In this document: in pieces, positions 25,451 to 38,184 of the stretch
How positions within the stretch are numbered: the stretch's first letter is position 1
Layout of the letters: each line of letters begins with the position of its first letter
Origin: Eledone cirrhosa
Lineage: Eukaryota
Length of the DNA: 64,000 nt
Reading direction: 5' to 3'
Assembly (NCBI GenBank): GCA_964016885.1
Contig: OZ024747.1
Location: forward strand, 63,612,001-63,676,000
Position numbers and translations under genes: made by a program
The notes under the pieces: generated by a model
What the model was told of the DNA's origin: nothing
Databases searched by the model: none
The model's input: only the letters and a program-made list of their open reading frames with translations

Positions 25451-26516
25451 ACACACACATACACACACACATATCTATACATATACATATATATATACAC
25501 ATTCATACACACACATATACAAATATATATACACACACACATATATATATATGGTACAGTCCCAATATGGCGCTACACAGTGGGCCTGATCTTAGAACCA
25601 TCTATGAGAAAAATGAAGAAAATTACCAATAAGAATGTTTCATGTTGGCATAATTAAAGCCATAAAAATTATTATATTAAGCCCATGTTGTTTATGGAAA
25701 TCTCCCTGATGTGGTGCAGTTATAATAAAAGTGGGAACATGATGAAATTTAAATATCTGTAAAGTTGACACTTGGAATAAATATCGGATCAAAATAACCA
25801 AAGCCATTTGGAATCTTAAATTGAGGAAACTAAAATAAACTTTTACCATTTTTGAAAAAGACAAATACCAATAAATAAAATTGATTTATTGATTAATTAT
25901 TGCATTTATCGATTATTTTCATTAATCCCGTTTCTATTAAGGCATATTAACAATCTTTTGAAAACTCTTCTGACATGCAATTAACTTCCTGACATAGGCT
26001 AATTATAAACCTTAAATAGCTTTATTAAAAGGATTCCACTTCTACATTTATGCTGTGTCTTTACCAAAATGCAATGGAATTTTCTGAAACAAATTTTGTT
26101 GTCAAAATATAACTATGATTTATATCTGACATTGTGTATATTAAGATTAATCGAGAAGTGGCGTATTTTTTAGTTTATCTTATAAAATCCAAAGAAATTA
26201 TTTGGAAAAGTAAACAACTGAAGATTAAGAAAGGATATTTCATTGTAATAGTAAAATGGTTGGCAGGGTAGTGTTAGAAATAGTAGCACACCAGACTCCA
26301 TGGCTTCCAATGTTTAGTTACTACATTTTATGGTATTTAAGAACATTTCTTTTATCTAAAATATTGATGTCAAAATCTCCCTCATGTCTAATACACTGGA
26401 AATATGTATATAATAATAATGATACAATTACTACTTTACTACTAAAAATAATTAAATAAATTATTAGTGTTGCTGCAATGTTGCATGCAGCCACGACACA
26501 CATATATATGTACGTG

Positions 26517-26551
<35 letters not shown>

Positions 26552-26553
<2 letters not shown>

Positions 26554-26925
26554 ATCTTGGGTTCAATTGGGGGTAACCACAGTAAGTAAGGTACTCAATA
26601 CATAGTAGAGTATATACAATGTTTAATATAGAAATGGCTTCTGCAGGACTAGAACTGTTTCATTCAAAGGAAATCATCATACACAAAACGCCAGTATCAA
26701 CAGTTTTCCAAGCGGTGGCAACATAAAATGGACCTGTTATTTTTATCTAAAGACATTTTTACAATTCCACCCCGCCCATCCCTTTTATCTAACTAATTTT
26801 TCATTCTTTCTTCTGATGAAGGACTAGCATACGAAACGTTATAACCCTCTTCCTGATATTTCAAGCATTAACCTAATATATTCCTTTCATATACCGATTG
26901 TGTTGTTATTTCTGTTTACCTTTTA

Positions 26926-26930
<5 letters not shown>
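26552..26930. mobile_element. Head-to-head pair of two hammerhead-bearing element ends between microsatellites
   Basis: Minus strand atgatgatttcctttgaatGAAACagttctagtcctgcagaagcc (26636-26680); plus strand CTGATGAAGG...CGAAACGTT (26813-26840). Confidence 0.6.
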
Positions 26931-26959
<29 letters not shown>

Positions 26960-26964
<5 letters not shown>

Positions 26965-27295
26965 GACCTGACCCCCCATGGGTACAAGCCGAAGCTGAAG
27001 CATATAGACAATATGCCCCCACACCCTCCCACTTAAAAGTGGTCGTGGAGGTGCCACAACAAAAAAGCACCGAGCCCACACTGTAAAGTGGACGATTGGG
27101 CGCCACAGAAAAAAGCACCCAGCACTCACTGTAAATGAGGTTGGTGTTTGGAAGGGCGTCCAACTGTAGAATTCAAGCCAGAATCAGTTCCCATATGAGC
27201 AAGGCATGGTCAGCCGACCGGACACTGCCCACAACAAGGCAACCCGTCTAACCCATGCTAGCGTGGAAGAACGGACGTAAAACGGTGATGATGAT
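26960..27295 (+). mobile_element. Retroposon family C (shares 3' module with SINE B), (TGA)n tail
   Basis: aaaaaagcacccagcccacactgtaaa subrepeats; aacccatgctagcgtggaagaacggacgtaaaacggtgatgatg. Confidence 0.8.
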
Positions 27296-27329
27296 AGGAA
27301 GAGAGATAGAGATATGTATATATATATGT

Positions 27330-27660
27330 GGAGGCACATGGCTTAGTGGTTAGAGCATTGGCGTGCAATCGAAAGGTTGTGAGTTCAATTCTCAGACCGG
27401 GTCATGTGTTGTTTCCTTGAGCAAGACACTTTATTTCACATTGCTCCAGTTTACTCAGCTGTAGAAATGAGATGATAGGGACTGGGGTCCCTATCATTCC
27501 ATTGCAAAGTGGTCGTGGAGGTGCCACGGCAAAAAAGCACCCAGCACTCACTGTAAATGAGGTTGGTGTTAGGAAGGGCATCCAGCTGTAGAAATCAAGC
27601 CAGAATCAGTTCCCGTCCCACCCTTGCAAGCAGGGAAAAGTGGACGTAAAATGAAATGAT
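27330..27660 (+). mobile_element. SINE family B, full length
   Basis: Near-identical to 7961-8270. Confidence 0.9.
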
Positions 27661-27879
27661 ATATATATATATATACAGTAAGCCACATCGGACTCTGGAA
27701 TAGTTCCTTTAATTTCCTCGGGAGAGGAGATATTAATCCCAAAATATCAGGACATATGAATAAATTAGGGTGAAAACAAGCCCTGTTTCTTATGATTTAA
27801 TTATTCTCCATCCAAACCTGCATTGTCGTGGCATTCAAACATACTTCAAATTCTTTATATATATATATTTCCATCCACT

Positions 27880-28118
27880 GTGTCAGAGAAACAACAGAAA
27901 GCATCCAGTCCACACTGTAAAGTGGTCATGTAGGAGACATGGTGAAAAGGCTCCCAGTCCACACTGTAAATATGGTTGGTGTTAGGAAGGCATCCAGCCA
28001 TAGAAAACCTGCCAGCGACAGTTCTGTACGAGCGAGACACGGTCTCCCGACCAATCCCACATCAAGTGGAACAAAACCGTCTAACCCATGCTAGCATGGA
28101 AGATGGACATTAAATGAT
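27880..28118 (+). mobile_element. Family C-related 3' fragment
   Basis: ggttggtgttaggaaggcatccagcc...aacccatgctagcatggaaga. Confidence 0.7.
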
Positions 28119-28138
28119 ATATATATATATATATATAG

Positions 28139-28333
28139 AATATAGAAATGGCTTCTACAGGACTAGAACTGTTTCAGTTGGGAGAAATCATCAGGAAGCC
28201 CTGATGATTTCTCCCGAATGAAACAGTTCTAGTCCAGTAGAAGCCATTTCTATATTAAATATTTATACTCTGTATTTATACTATGTATTGTGTACCTTAC
28301 TGTGGTTACGCCCAATTGAACCCAGGATAAACT

Positions 28334-28335
<2 letters not shown>
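28139..28335. mobile_element. Palindromic hammerhead element with 3' tail, in (TA)n
   Basis: 28139-28194 is the reverse complement of 28201-28256; tail homologous to 26552-26635 (-). Confidence 0.75.
28150..28200 (-). ncRNA. Type I hammerhead ribozyme motif
   Basis: Minus strand GGCTTC-CTGATGA-TTTCTCCCAACT-GAA-ACAG-TTCTAGTC-CTGT-A^GAAGCC: 6-bp stem I, 4-bp stem III, canonical core, weak stem II. Confidence 0.75.
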
Positions 28336-28367
<32 letters not shown>

Positions 28368-29086
28368 TACATATATAAGAGTTATACTCTTTTGGCAAAT
28401 CAAATGTTTTAACACTGAAATCACATCTTGGAAGAGTTATATCAAACATTTAACAACACATGAAGTCTCTTTCCTTTATTTCTTAATATTTCTATCCATA
28501 TAAACTCTGAACATTCCTTGTCACAATAACATCAAATGCTAACTAGTTTTTACAAGCCCCTGGCTTTTCTTTCTTTCTTCCTGTCCTTTTTTCTTTGCTT
28601 CAATTCCTTTTCTTTCTTTGTTACAATGTCAGTTTAACATAATAGTATTTCTTTTCTGTTTTGGTCAGTTATTCATTTATATGAGTGCTGGGAATATATA
28701 TTTTTTCTTTCTTTTTACAATATAATATACCTGTGGGTTTGTTGGAGTATTGAAATTGTTCTTTTGGATCTGTTCACATTCAATTCTTCTTATTTTCTTT
28801 TTCGTACAAACTCGTACAAACTCCCCTTTTTATTGTAATGTATTTTTGATATATCACATCTATAAGAGTGTGTGTGTATGTATGTCTGTATGTAGGTAGG
28901 TATGTATATGCGTGTGTGTGCCTGTATGTATGTATATGTCTGGATGTAGGAAGGTATGTATGTGTGTGTGCATTTATGTATGTGTGTGTGTATGTGTGTA
29001 TGTATGTATATATGTATCTGTTTTGTGCAGGTTAAAAATTTCAGCAGTACTCATGTTTTACATTGCCATATGTAATTATTTTGCCT

Positions 29087-29123
<37 letters not shown>

Positions 29124-29126
<3 letters not shown>

Positions 29127-29700
29127 TAGCAGCAGTACCCAGCGTTGCTTGGGTAGGTAAAATAATATCTGCTTTGATGAAAAGGTGTTGATCTTAGCGA
29201 CTGCTTCTCGATGACTCATCTATGGCCACATACAGGCCATTTAGGAGAGGGTGGTGATGACCTCTATCACTGGGAAACGTGGGTGACTGACGAAGGGGCA
29301 TGCTGGGGGAGGGAGTTTCGAATTTGAACGAAATCAGTTGAAAAATGTGGGAGCTAGAGCCGAAAAGGCAGAAATTTGAGCGAAAAGGTGGTATTTTCGA
29401 ATATTTAAGCGGCTGCCATGCCGTTCCTGAACAAAACATGCAAAATGTAAAGCCATATGAAGACGTGGAATAATCAGATCTAGCGTAGTGTAAAATTTGA
29501 ACAAAGTAGGTTGATTAATGTGGGAGCTAGAAGCGAAAAAGTGGAAATTTGAATATTAAAGCAACTGCCACACCGTCCCTGAACAACAAATGCAAAATAA
29601 AAAGCCATTACAGAATGTGCAATGATAAATTTTATTTTGCTTTAAAATTGTTCAAAATAAAAAATATTTTATGAAAATCGACCAATAATTAATATAGTTA
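29124..29700 (+). mobile_element. Helitron/Helentron-like non-autonomous element
   Basis: Starts tactagcagcagtacccagcgttgcttggg (subterminal hairpin); internal diverged direct repeats aatttgaac...aatgtgggagctaga...gaaatttga. Confidence 0.5.
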
Positions 29701-30400
29701 TGAACAACTTTAAATAGGGAGTTTCTTTCCACCCACCCTGTACCTTAATTAACAACAAAACTGTATATCATTCCAAATATTAGGTCAGGGTGGTGTGTTG
29801 GATAAAATATCTTATGGTATTTGTTCTGGCACTTTACATTCTGAATTTAAATCCCTCTGTGGTTTATTTTGGTGACAAACTTGATCCATCGCCTGGTTTA
29901 ACACCACCACTTGGTCCCTGGTTACCGATAGAGCCCTCCATTATGTGGCAATTGTTCAACCCAAGTTTCAAATTTCAAAATAATTTCCTCCTTCTCTCTG
30001 ACTTGGAAATCTTGGAAGTTGCCATAGTCCCCACTATGTGATAAAAAGAAAAGAAGTAATTTTGATGTTGCTATATATTATATAGGTTTATATATTTAGT
30101 TAGATTTTAAATGTTCAGTGATATTTTGGAACAGTTATGCTTATAGCTGAATATCCTCGGATGACACAACAAATAAAATACTCTGAATTCCTTGGCACTT
30201 GGGAATAACAATCTGAAATTAAATTATCCAGTAGAGCAGTAACAACAAATATTTCACCATTATTATTTGTGCCAAACATCATATAAGTGCTGGCATGGCT
30301 GTGTAGTTATGGAGTTCAGTTTACAAACACATGCTGGTCTGACAAATCTCCTGTTATTGGCATTTGGTAGATAGAAGCTGCAGAAGCTCATCATGTGAGT

Positions 30401-30401
<1 letters not shown>

Positions 30402-30488
<87 letters not shown>
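30402..30488. repeat. (TG)n microsatellite
   Basis: Direct observation. Confidence 0.95.
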
Positions 30489-30490
<2 letters not shown>

Positions 30491-31203
30491 TGTCATCATC
30501 ATCATTTAATTTCCATTTTTCCTTTCTAGCATGGGTTAGATGAGTTGTTCTATTGTGAGAAATGCCAGGTCAAATGACCATGTCTTGCCCGTACAGAACT
30601 GATTTTGCCTTGGTTTCTACAGCTAGATGCTCTTCATGTTTATATTTCTATCTGTGTTTATATTCCATGATTTTGTGGTTTAACATCAATGGAATGATAA
30701 AATAGTTACAAACGTGAGAAAATGAGTACTGGGTTCAATATCACTGACTAAATCCCATCAGACAATGCTCCAGCTGAGCCGAAGTCTGATGACTGAAAAC
30801 TATAAAAGAATAAAAGAATATTTTCTTTGATATTTATCTTGTTCTGAGACATTTAAACATTCCACATGCCAAACAATTTCTATTTGAATCCTATGAATAA
30901 TCGAAAAACTCTCACAACAGAAATATATTTATAGTGCTAGATGAAGATATTTTTAGTTTCGTTGTCTTCACTTTAATTTTTAGCTTCTCATAAACAGAAT
31001 TGAATAAGCTCAATAGAAATACATGAAAGAAGGGGAAATTTGAAACATATTTTAAAACTTCTAAGAAATGTGATAACAATATGAAATCTTTCTTTCTCAC
31101 ATCAACAGGAGTTAATTACTAAATTCAATTAAATAATCTTTTTCCTAAATCATTTTAGTTTATCATAGTTCTGGTCTGATGTTCTTGAAATTTTACAAAC
31201 TAT

Positions 31204-31237
<34 letters not shown>

Positions 31238-31512
31238 GACACACATATATACATATGTATGATTCTTTTAAGTTAAATGTGCACATAGCTGATGAAATAA
31301 GAACTATTTTGGTGTATATATGTGTGTGTGGGGGGGGGAGGGGTTCATGATAAAAATGGCTTTCTAAAAAGGAATGGAAAAAAGCAGTTACATAAGATAC
31401 TCAATGTATTAGTAGAGAAGTTACAGATTTCATAGAGAAAAGACTTCTACAGGACTAGAACTTTTTCATTTCTTTGACATCATCAATCTGAATATTCTTG
31501 GAAACAATTCAA

Positions 31513-31708
31513 CCCTTTAGCATTTAAACGAGTCATATCCAGCCAGAATTCTCTCACCTTCTTCTGTTCAAATTGGCCATAACCATCTGCCCAAAATAAA
31601 CAATATCAAAATCTCGTAGATTCAATATTATGTAAGATAATTATGTGAAATAAAGTGTTTACCATGAAAATACAATAGCGTATATAGAGTAATGTAAATG
31701 CTAAAGGG
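31513..31708. mobile_element. TTAA piggyBac-type MITE
   Basis: TIRs ccctttagcattta / taaatgctaaaggg, followed by ttaa. Confidence 0.8.
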
Positions 31709-32249
31709 TTAAATATAGGTGATGGCAGTAATTTGATTTTAATTTTCGTTGGGTGTACAGCAGCAATTTCAATGTGCTAGGTGGCCATTTGAATAGTTTG
31801 GGGAATTTGAATTATTGTTCTTGGTTGAGGTGAATATTACAAATACAATTTGTTATAAAGTTAGCTGCTGCTACGTCTTCTTCTTCTTCTTCTTCAAATC
31901 CTGCTGAGGTTAGCTTTGCCTTTCGTCCTTACGGGGTCAATAAAATAAAGCACCAGTAATGCACTGGGGTAATTGCTGGCCTTGTGTCAAAAGTAGAAAG
32001 AATTATTTTTATAATAATTTAGTTTGGTGGATTAGTAGAATATTGCTTTGCAATATTTGTCATTGTTCTATATGTTCTGAGTTTGAATCTCACGGCAGTG
32101 AATTTTACCCTTCGTCCTTCTAAGATTGGTAAACTAAAATAAATTTAATCCAGCCCTAGGGACAATTTAATTGACTAAACTCTTCCCACTAAATTTCTGG
32201 CCTGAGGCATATTCCAGAAATAATAAAAGAAGCTGGTTAGATAGATTTT

Positions 32250-32458
32250 ACAGGGGAAACTATCAGGCAGGAGACATAGGGGTAGACAGACCCCAAGCAA
32301 GCTGGTTGGATAACATCCATAAGCTTGGTTGGTCATGCTTGGAAATCCAATCGGATCAGTTGGAGATGGTTGCTTCTGACAGGACTCGCTGGAAGGAGTG
32401 TTTGAAGACTCTGCCCCCATGATGCTCTCAGGAATAAGTGAGCAAAGAAGAAGAAAAA
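32250..32458 (+). mobile_element. RTE family 1 3' end
   Basis: RPQASWLDNIHKLG...DQLEMVASDRTRWKECLKTLPP; (GAA)n tail. Confidence 0.85.
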
Positions 32459-33591
32459 GGTGGTGGTAGATAGGTAAAAAATCTACCAATACCTTCTGCT
32501 GAAAACCTCTAGATGGCGCTATGTCATTAGTTTCCAAAATTCGTAGCTGAAGGCTTTCAAATGTTTATTCATAAACATACTGTATATTATATATATATAC
32601 AGCTATGTTTGAACAAACATCCTTAATCCTTTGTAATAATTGTTCTTGCTTTTTATGTTCTGAGCTCAAATACGGCTGATTTCAAATTTCAGTGTTCAAT
32701 AAAATAATATACCAGTCATGTACTGGGATCGATGTAATCAACTTTCTCTTTTCTCTGAATTAAACATTCACTTTATCCAAAATTAAACATTGACCCTCTG
32801 CCAATGTAAGAAATAATTAGTATTAATTAACTTAAAATGTTATGATTAGAAGACATTTAACTTAAGATAACTAGTTCACAAAATATATGTGCTAAGGCCA
32901 TTTTCTTCAGACACATTTCCTGTCACATCTGTATGTTATTAGTATTATAATTATTATTAGTAGTTGCACCATTATTATTATTATTGTTATTATTATTATC
33001 ATTATTGCTAACACATAGAGAACTAACTCCATTATGGTGCAGCAGCAAGTCTTGTCATCTGTCAAAATGTCATTCTCTTTTCCTGTGTTAAAAGGAAATA
33101 TTTTCAGTTTTTGCTTAGGTGAGTGAAGTGAGCCATTATTTAGTGTCAGCTTAGCATGTATGCCATCATCAATGTCTGTTTCTTCATACTGATGTATGTT
33201 GGACAAAACTTTTTGAGGCAGCATTCTATGGCCAACTACACTTCCTGATGCCAACCGTCAGTAAGGTATGGTTCTTTGAACATCTAACCACAAGGCAGCA
33301 GGTCTTTGTTTATGCAGAACATAAACAAATGTCACTTGCTGAGATGTCAAATATGAAGAAAAGAGAAAAGTAGAGGCAAAGCACACAGATAAACAAGGGC
33401 ACACATATACTTTCATTGATATGTCCCCTGGCATGGTTTAGATCAGCTGGTTCAATTTTCATGCTACCAGGACTGATGTTTCTTTAATTATTCCATCACC
33501 ACCATTTTGTAGAGTGGACTAGGTACATTTTATCATGATACCAACACCAACACTACCACTTTTCAGAGTGTATTAATTATCGAGGTAACAC

Positions 33592-33798
33592 AAGGGCAGT
33601 GGATTGGCAGTATTGGTAAAGCTTTGCAGCATAGAATTATGCCCTTTATGTTCTGAGTTAAAATCCTGCTGATGTTACCTTTGCCTCTCATCCTTACGAG
33701 GTTAATAAAATAAAGTACCAGTAACACACTGGGATCTATTCAATAGACTTTCCCCTCCCTCGAAAATTGTCGGCCTTGTGCCTAAATCAGAAATCATT
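33592..33798 (+). mobile_element. SINE family A, long variant
   Basis: agggcagtggattggcagtattggt...aaaataaagtaccagtaacacactggg. Confidence 0.8.
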
Positions 33799-35053
33799 AA
33801 TTATTGAGGCAACAAGGTAACCTCTATGCAGTCCCTCAGTTTACTGAAAATTAACAGCTAAAGCTTACATACTATCATTTAAAAATCCCAAAACAAAGAG
33901 AGTGCAGGAATGGCTGTGTATTTAAGGAATTCTCTTCACTAGTACTTGTAGTCTGTTGAGCCTCAGTCAATTTCGATGATGAGCATTCCTGTTTTTCAAG
34001 CAACAGAACTGCCTACTCATGAATTTAATATGCAAGTGGCTGTGCATTTCACAAACTCAAGCACTCATAATATATTTCTCAAGGAGATTCAGTGTGACAC
34101 AGTGTGTGGAAAGGGCAGCCCTTTGAACGATATGTTTAATATCTTTTTGCCAATTGAGTGGAATGGAGCAACATGAAATAAAGTATCTTGCTCAATGATA
34201 CAATATGTCACCAGAAATCATGAGTAAAACATATTAACCACTAAGCCACATGCCATTATGAGAATGCAATGAATATTACAGCTAGCTTTGGTCTCATCCC
34301 TAATGAGAGAGGTTAATGTATGATTAATTGATGGTTTTCTTACAGTCCAGTGCAGGAATACTCAACCATGTTGCTATGTAAAATCTAATCCATCATCAAT
34401 GTAATCACGCAACCAACCAAGCAGAAGTTTTCAAACAATTTCACTTGAAAATCTTATTCCCTATACCTATCATTAAATTGAAACGTTTTTCTCCTGTACT
34501 TTTAAATCCCTCACCTAAACTCAACATGTTATCACCATTCTTCCTGAAAGGAAGTGGTACCAGAGAGTTAGGTGAGTATGTGGGCATGTCATATATACAG
34601 GAATTTGTATGATAGCTAGAGAGAGTGGTAGATAGATTTATAGATAGATAAATAGAAAGATAAAATGATAGATAGAGATTTAGATAGATATATAGATAGA
34701 GAGTGAGAGAGATAAAATAATAAACAGCGAGTTAGATACAGATTTAAATAGATAAATAGATAGTGAGAGAGTTAAGGAGATGAAAATTGGAAGAGCAAAA
34801 ATAAAATAAAATTAAGAGTCTATGATTTTTACACTTTTAATATCAAGTGTTTATATTTATCTAAAAGAAACTCATCAAAATTTTATACAAGGACGCTCAT
34901 TAAGTTATGTTCCAAACATCAACTTAGTTAATTATATTACTAAATTTTTTCAAATTTTGATTATAGTTTCTTGTAGAAATTGGTACAAAAGAAGTAAAAT
35001 GCTGCTCAAAGCTGAACTTATATACCAAAATGAATATATATATGTATGTGTGG

Positions 35054-35104
<51 letters not shown>

Positions 35105-35123
35105 ACTCCACGTTACACTCCCT

Positions 35124-35177
<54 letters not shown>

Positions 35178-36204
35178 TCATCATCGTTTAACATCCATCT
35201 TCCACGAAACCCATGCAACCCATATATATATATGGAGAGAGAGAGAATGAGAGAGATTTCACCCTGTTTAAACTAGTAAGGTCAGCAGATTATTCAGTAC
35301 ATGGGATAGTAGAGTGTAAATATTGTAGAGAGATGGGGTTTGATAGCTTGGTTCTTGCTGTTTTCACAGTAAATTCTAGACTCTGAGTCTGGCATTTACT
35401 GTTGAAATGGCAAGTGCTCTATAGCATATAGTTAAGTGCAAGAACACAAATGAAAATATATCTGTAATTATTGAAATCAGGGATAAGAATACCAGCAATC
35501 TCAGAATCAAAGAAAGTATTCTAATAGCCAACCTGATCAAAATCAGACTAGAACTCAATACCCATTGGCTAACATAGACATATTCACTACCACATTTCAT
35601 TCCACTTTAGAAATAGACAAAACCATAGATTAGATCAGTGCAAATACCAGGTGATCCATCCACCACTTCCAGCATTGGTAAAAATATAAACCAACCACTT
35701 TCAAATTTTAAAATGGCAGCTTATGAGCAATGAAAGAGAGCCTGCTACAAATCAGTTTCCTCAATTATTCTTTTGATACAGAGATTTTATCCTGAAATAT
35801 AGGGAACAATAAACAATTCCGAATTAACATCCTCACACATTTGCTATCATATTTTTAACACATTTTTTTTCACTTGTTGCTATATACCATGCTGAGATCA
35901 ATTTTCCATGTGTGTGTATGTATATATATATATATTAACTCAATAAAAGATGTCTTGTTGCACTCAAATCAAATCAGGAGCTTAAATACCTTACAGGACC
36001 CTACAGAGTAAACAACTTAATGTATATATATATCATCATCCCCATCATGTCAATTTAATGTCCATTCTCCCGGCTTTAAATATATATGTGTGAGTGTATA
36101 TATATATATGTGTGTATATTTATGTGTATATTAATATGTATATATATATCTGTGTATATCTGTGTATATATGTGTATATATATATATGTGTACATATATA
36201 TGTA

Positions 36205-37085
36205 TATATATATATGTGTATAAGTATGTATACGTACATACATATATGTATACAGACGTACAGTAGTATGTATATATATATATACAAACATGCACACATA
36301 TATATATGTACATATGGATTCACCGAACATTTATTATAATGCTCGGTCTGTTTGTAAACAAACATCCCGTATTAAGCCTTAGTGTCCAGCAACCACTGAT
36401 GCTCGTTTGTTCAACTCTGACAAAGGAACGGCTTAATACGGGGTGTTTGTTTACAAACACACCGAGCATTATAATAAATGTTCGGTGAATCCATACATAC
36501 ATATATATATGTGTGCATGTATGTATACATGTATACATGTATACATACTACTGTACGTCTGTATACATATATGTATGTACGTATACATACTTATATTTAA
36601 GTAACAGCCGTACTAAGAGTGGGAAATGAAATTTTGTTTCATTTTTTCTGTTTATCGTTTTCGGTGCACCCGGCCAATTAACCCACTCGATATGCAAATT
36701 GGGCTACTCAGCCGTTAATATGCATAAGGAAAATATATACTTTCGGACGTTCAATCATCTGGCAGGAAGGTATACGTTGCTGACGATAGCTAATAAACTT
36801 GAAACTAGTTCAGCGTTCCTTTGTCAGTGTTGAACAAATGAGCAACGGTGGTTGCTGGACACTACGGCTTAATACGGGGTGTTTGTTTACAAACACACCG
36901 AGCATTATAATAAATGTTCGGTGAATCCATACGTACATATATATATATGTGTGTATGTATATATATATATATATACATACTACTGTACGTCTGTATACAT
37001 ATATGTATGTACGTATACATACTTATATTTAAGTAACAGCCGTACTAATAGTGGGAAATGAAATTTCATTTCATTTTTCCGTTTA
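36205..37085 (+). mobile_element. Penelope-like architecture: inverted copy plus two direct pseudo-LTR-like repeats around a hammerhead
   Basis: Inverted arm ~36205-36430; direct copy 36431-36655; unique 36655-36810; second direct copy 36814-37085. Confidence 0.8.
36774..36816 (+). ncRNA. Type I hammerhead ribozyme with minimal palindromic stem III
   Basis: ACGTTG-CTGACGA-TAGCTAATAAACTT-GAAAC-TA-GTT^CAGCGT; stem I 6 bp (one G-U); AACTAGTT is self-complementary. Confidence 0.75.
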
Positions 37086-37184
37086 TATATATGTATGTAT
37101 TTATATATGCATATATGTATATATATATATATATGTATGTATTTATATATGTATATATGTATATATATCTATGTATTTATATAT

Positions 37185-37231
<47 letters not shown>

Positions 37232-37586
37232 TCACACATGCACATATATATGTATGTATATAAAGAAGGGTAGATTGTAACTTAATTCTAAATAGGTATT
37301 TAAACCAATATCTTATCAGAGTTCTTCCCAATTATTTAGTGAGAATTTAATTGGTTTTCAATGTTTCTTCCTCATTTATCTCCAATTAATCTGAAGCAGT
37401 ATAAAAACTGATCAAATTAATCTGAAAAACACTGCTTCTTCTACCTTGAAGGCTTTGTACATCTTTCCAGTCTGGTGAAAAATTAACTTTTATTTCTGGT
37501 ATTTTTATATTTACTGTTAGTTAGTCCTATTATTTACTTCGGACGTTTTTGTTTTATATCTCATACAACTTCCCTACACATGTGTG

Positions 37587-37633
<47 letters not shown>

Positions 37634-37761
37634 GATAGGTATGTAATGATAGTTAGAAGTGGTTTGGAAGTCAGAGCACTCAGTGCAGTTCAAAAGATCC
37701 ATAATATAGGTAAGGGCTAAAGATAAACTTTGGCCTTTGTGTTTACTTTGATATATATATG

Positions 37762-37798
<37 letters not shown>

Positions 37799-37854
37799 TT
37801 TCTGAATTTGTTTAGCAAGATTCTTTATCTGAAAACGTGTGTTGAAACCGATAT

Positions 37855-38149
37855 TGTTATACTTTGGGAGGGTCATGTGTGTTCACAAACACAAAAACAA
37901 GATGGCGTAGGACAGAAGAAAGGAGAGGCACAAAAACAAAGAAAAGAATCCCCAGTCACTGAAGAGGTCACAGAATGTGTGATGAAAAAACTTTGACAAT
38001 ATATGAACAATCGTCTGGTTGTGGAACCAACCAACCAACCGGAAATTTATAAATTCCTAAATTTATAAATTTAATTTATAATAAATTGAAGTGAAAGCAA
38101 CTGGTGCGTGTGTTTCTTATTGGCAACAGGACCCTCCCAAAGTATAACA
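37855..38149. mobile_element. TG..CA element with 20-bp terminal inverted repeats and ATAT TSD (solo LTR or Ginger-like MITE)
   Basis: atat|TGTTATACTTTGGGAGGGTC ... GACCCTCCCAAAGTATAACA|atat; AATAAA near 38080. Confidence 0.8.

Positions 38150-38184
<35 letters not shown>

Noticed and set aside
30786-30798. CTGATGACTGAAA minimal hammerhead core
   Set aside because: Falls within the SINE/LINE tail motif (gtc..atgactgaaac..taaaaga); no supporting stems
37829-37853. CTGAAAA..GAAACCG hammerhead-like string
   Set aside because: G8 missing and the 3' side is interrupted by the TG..CA element; cannot be supported
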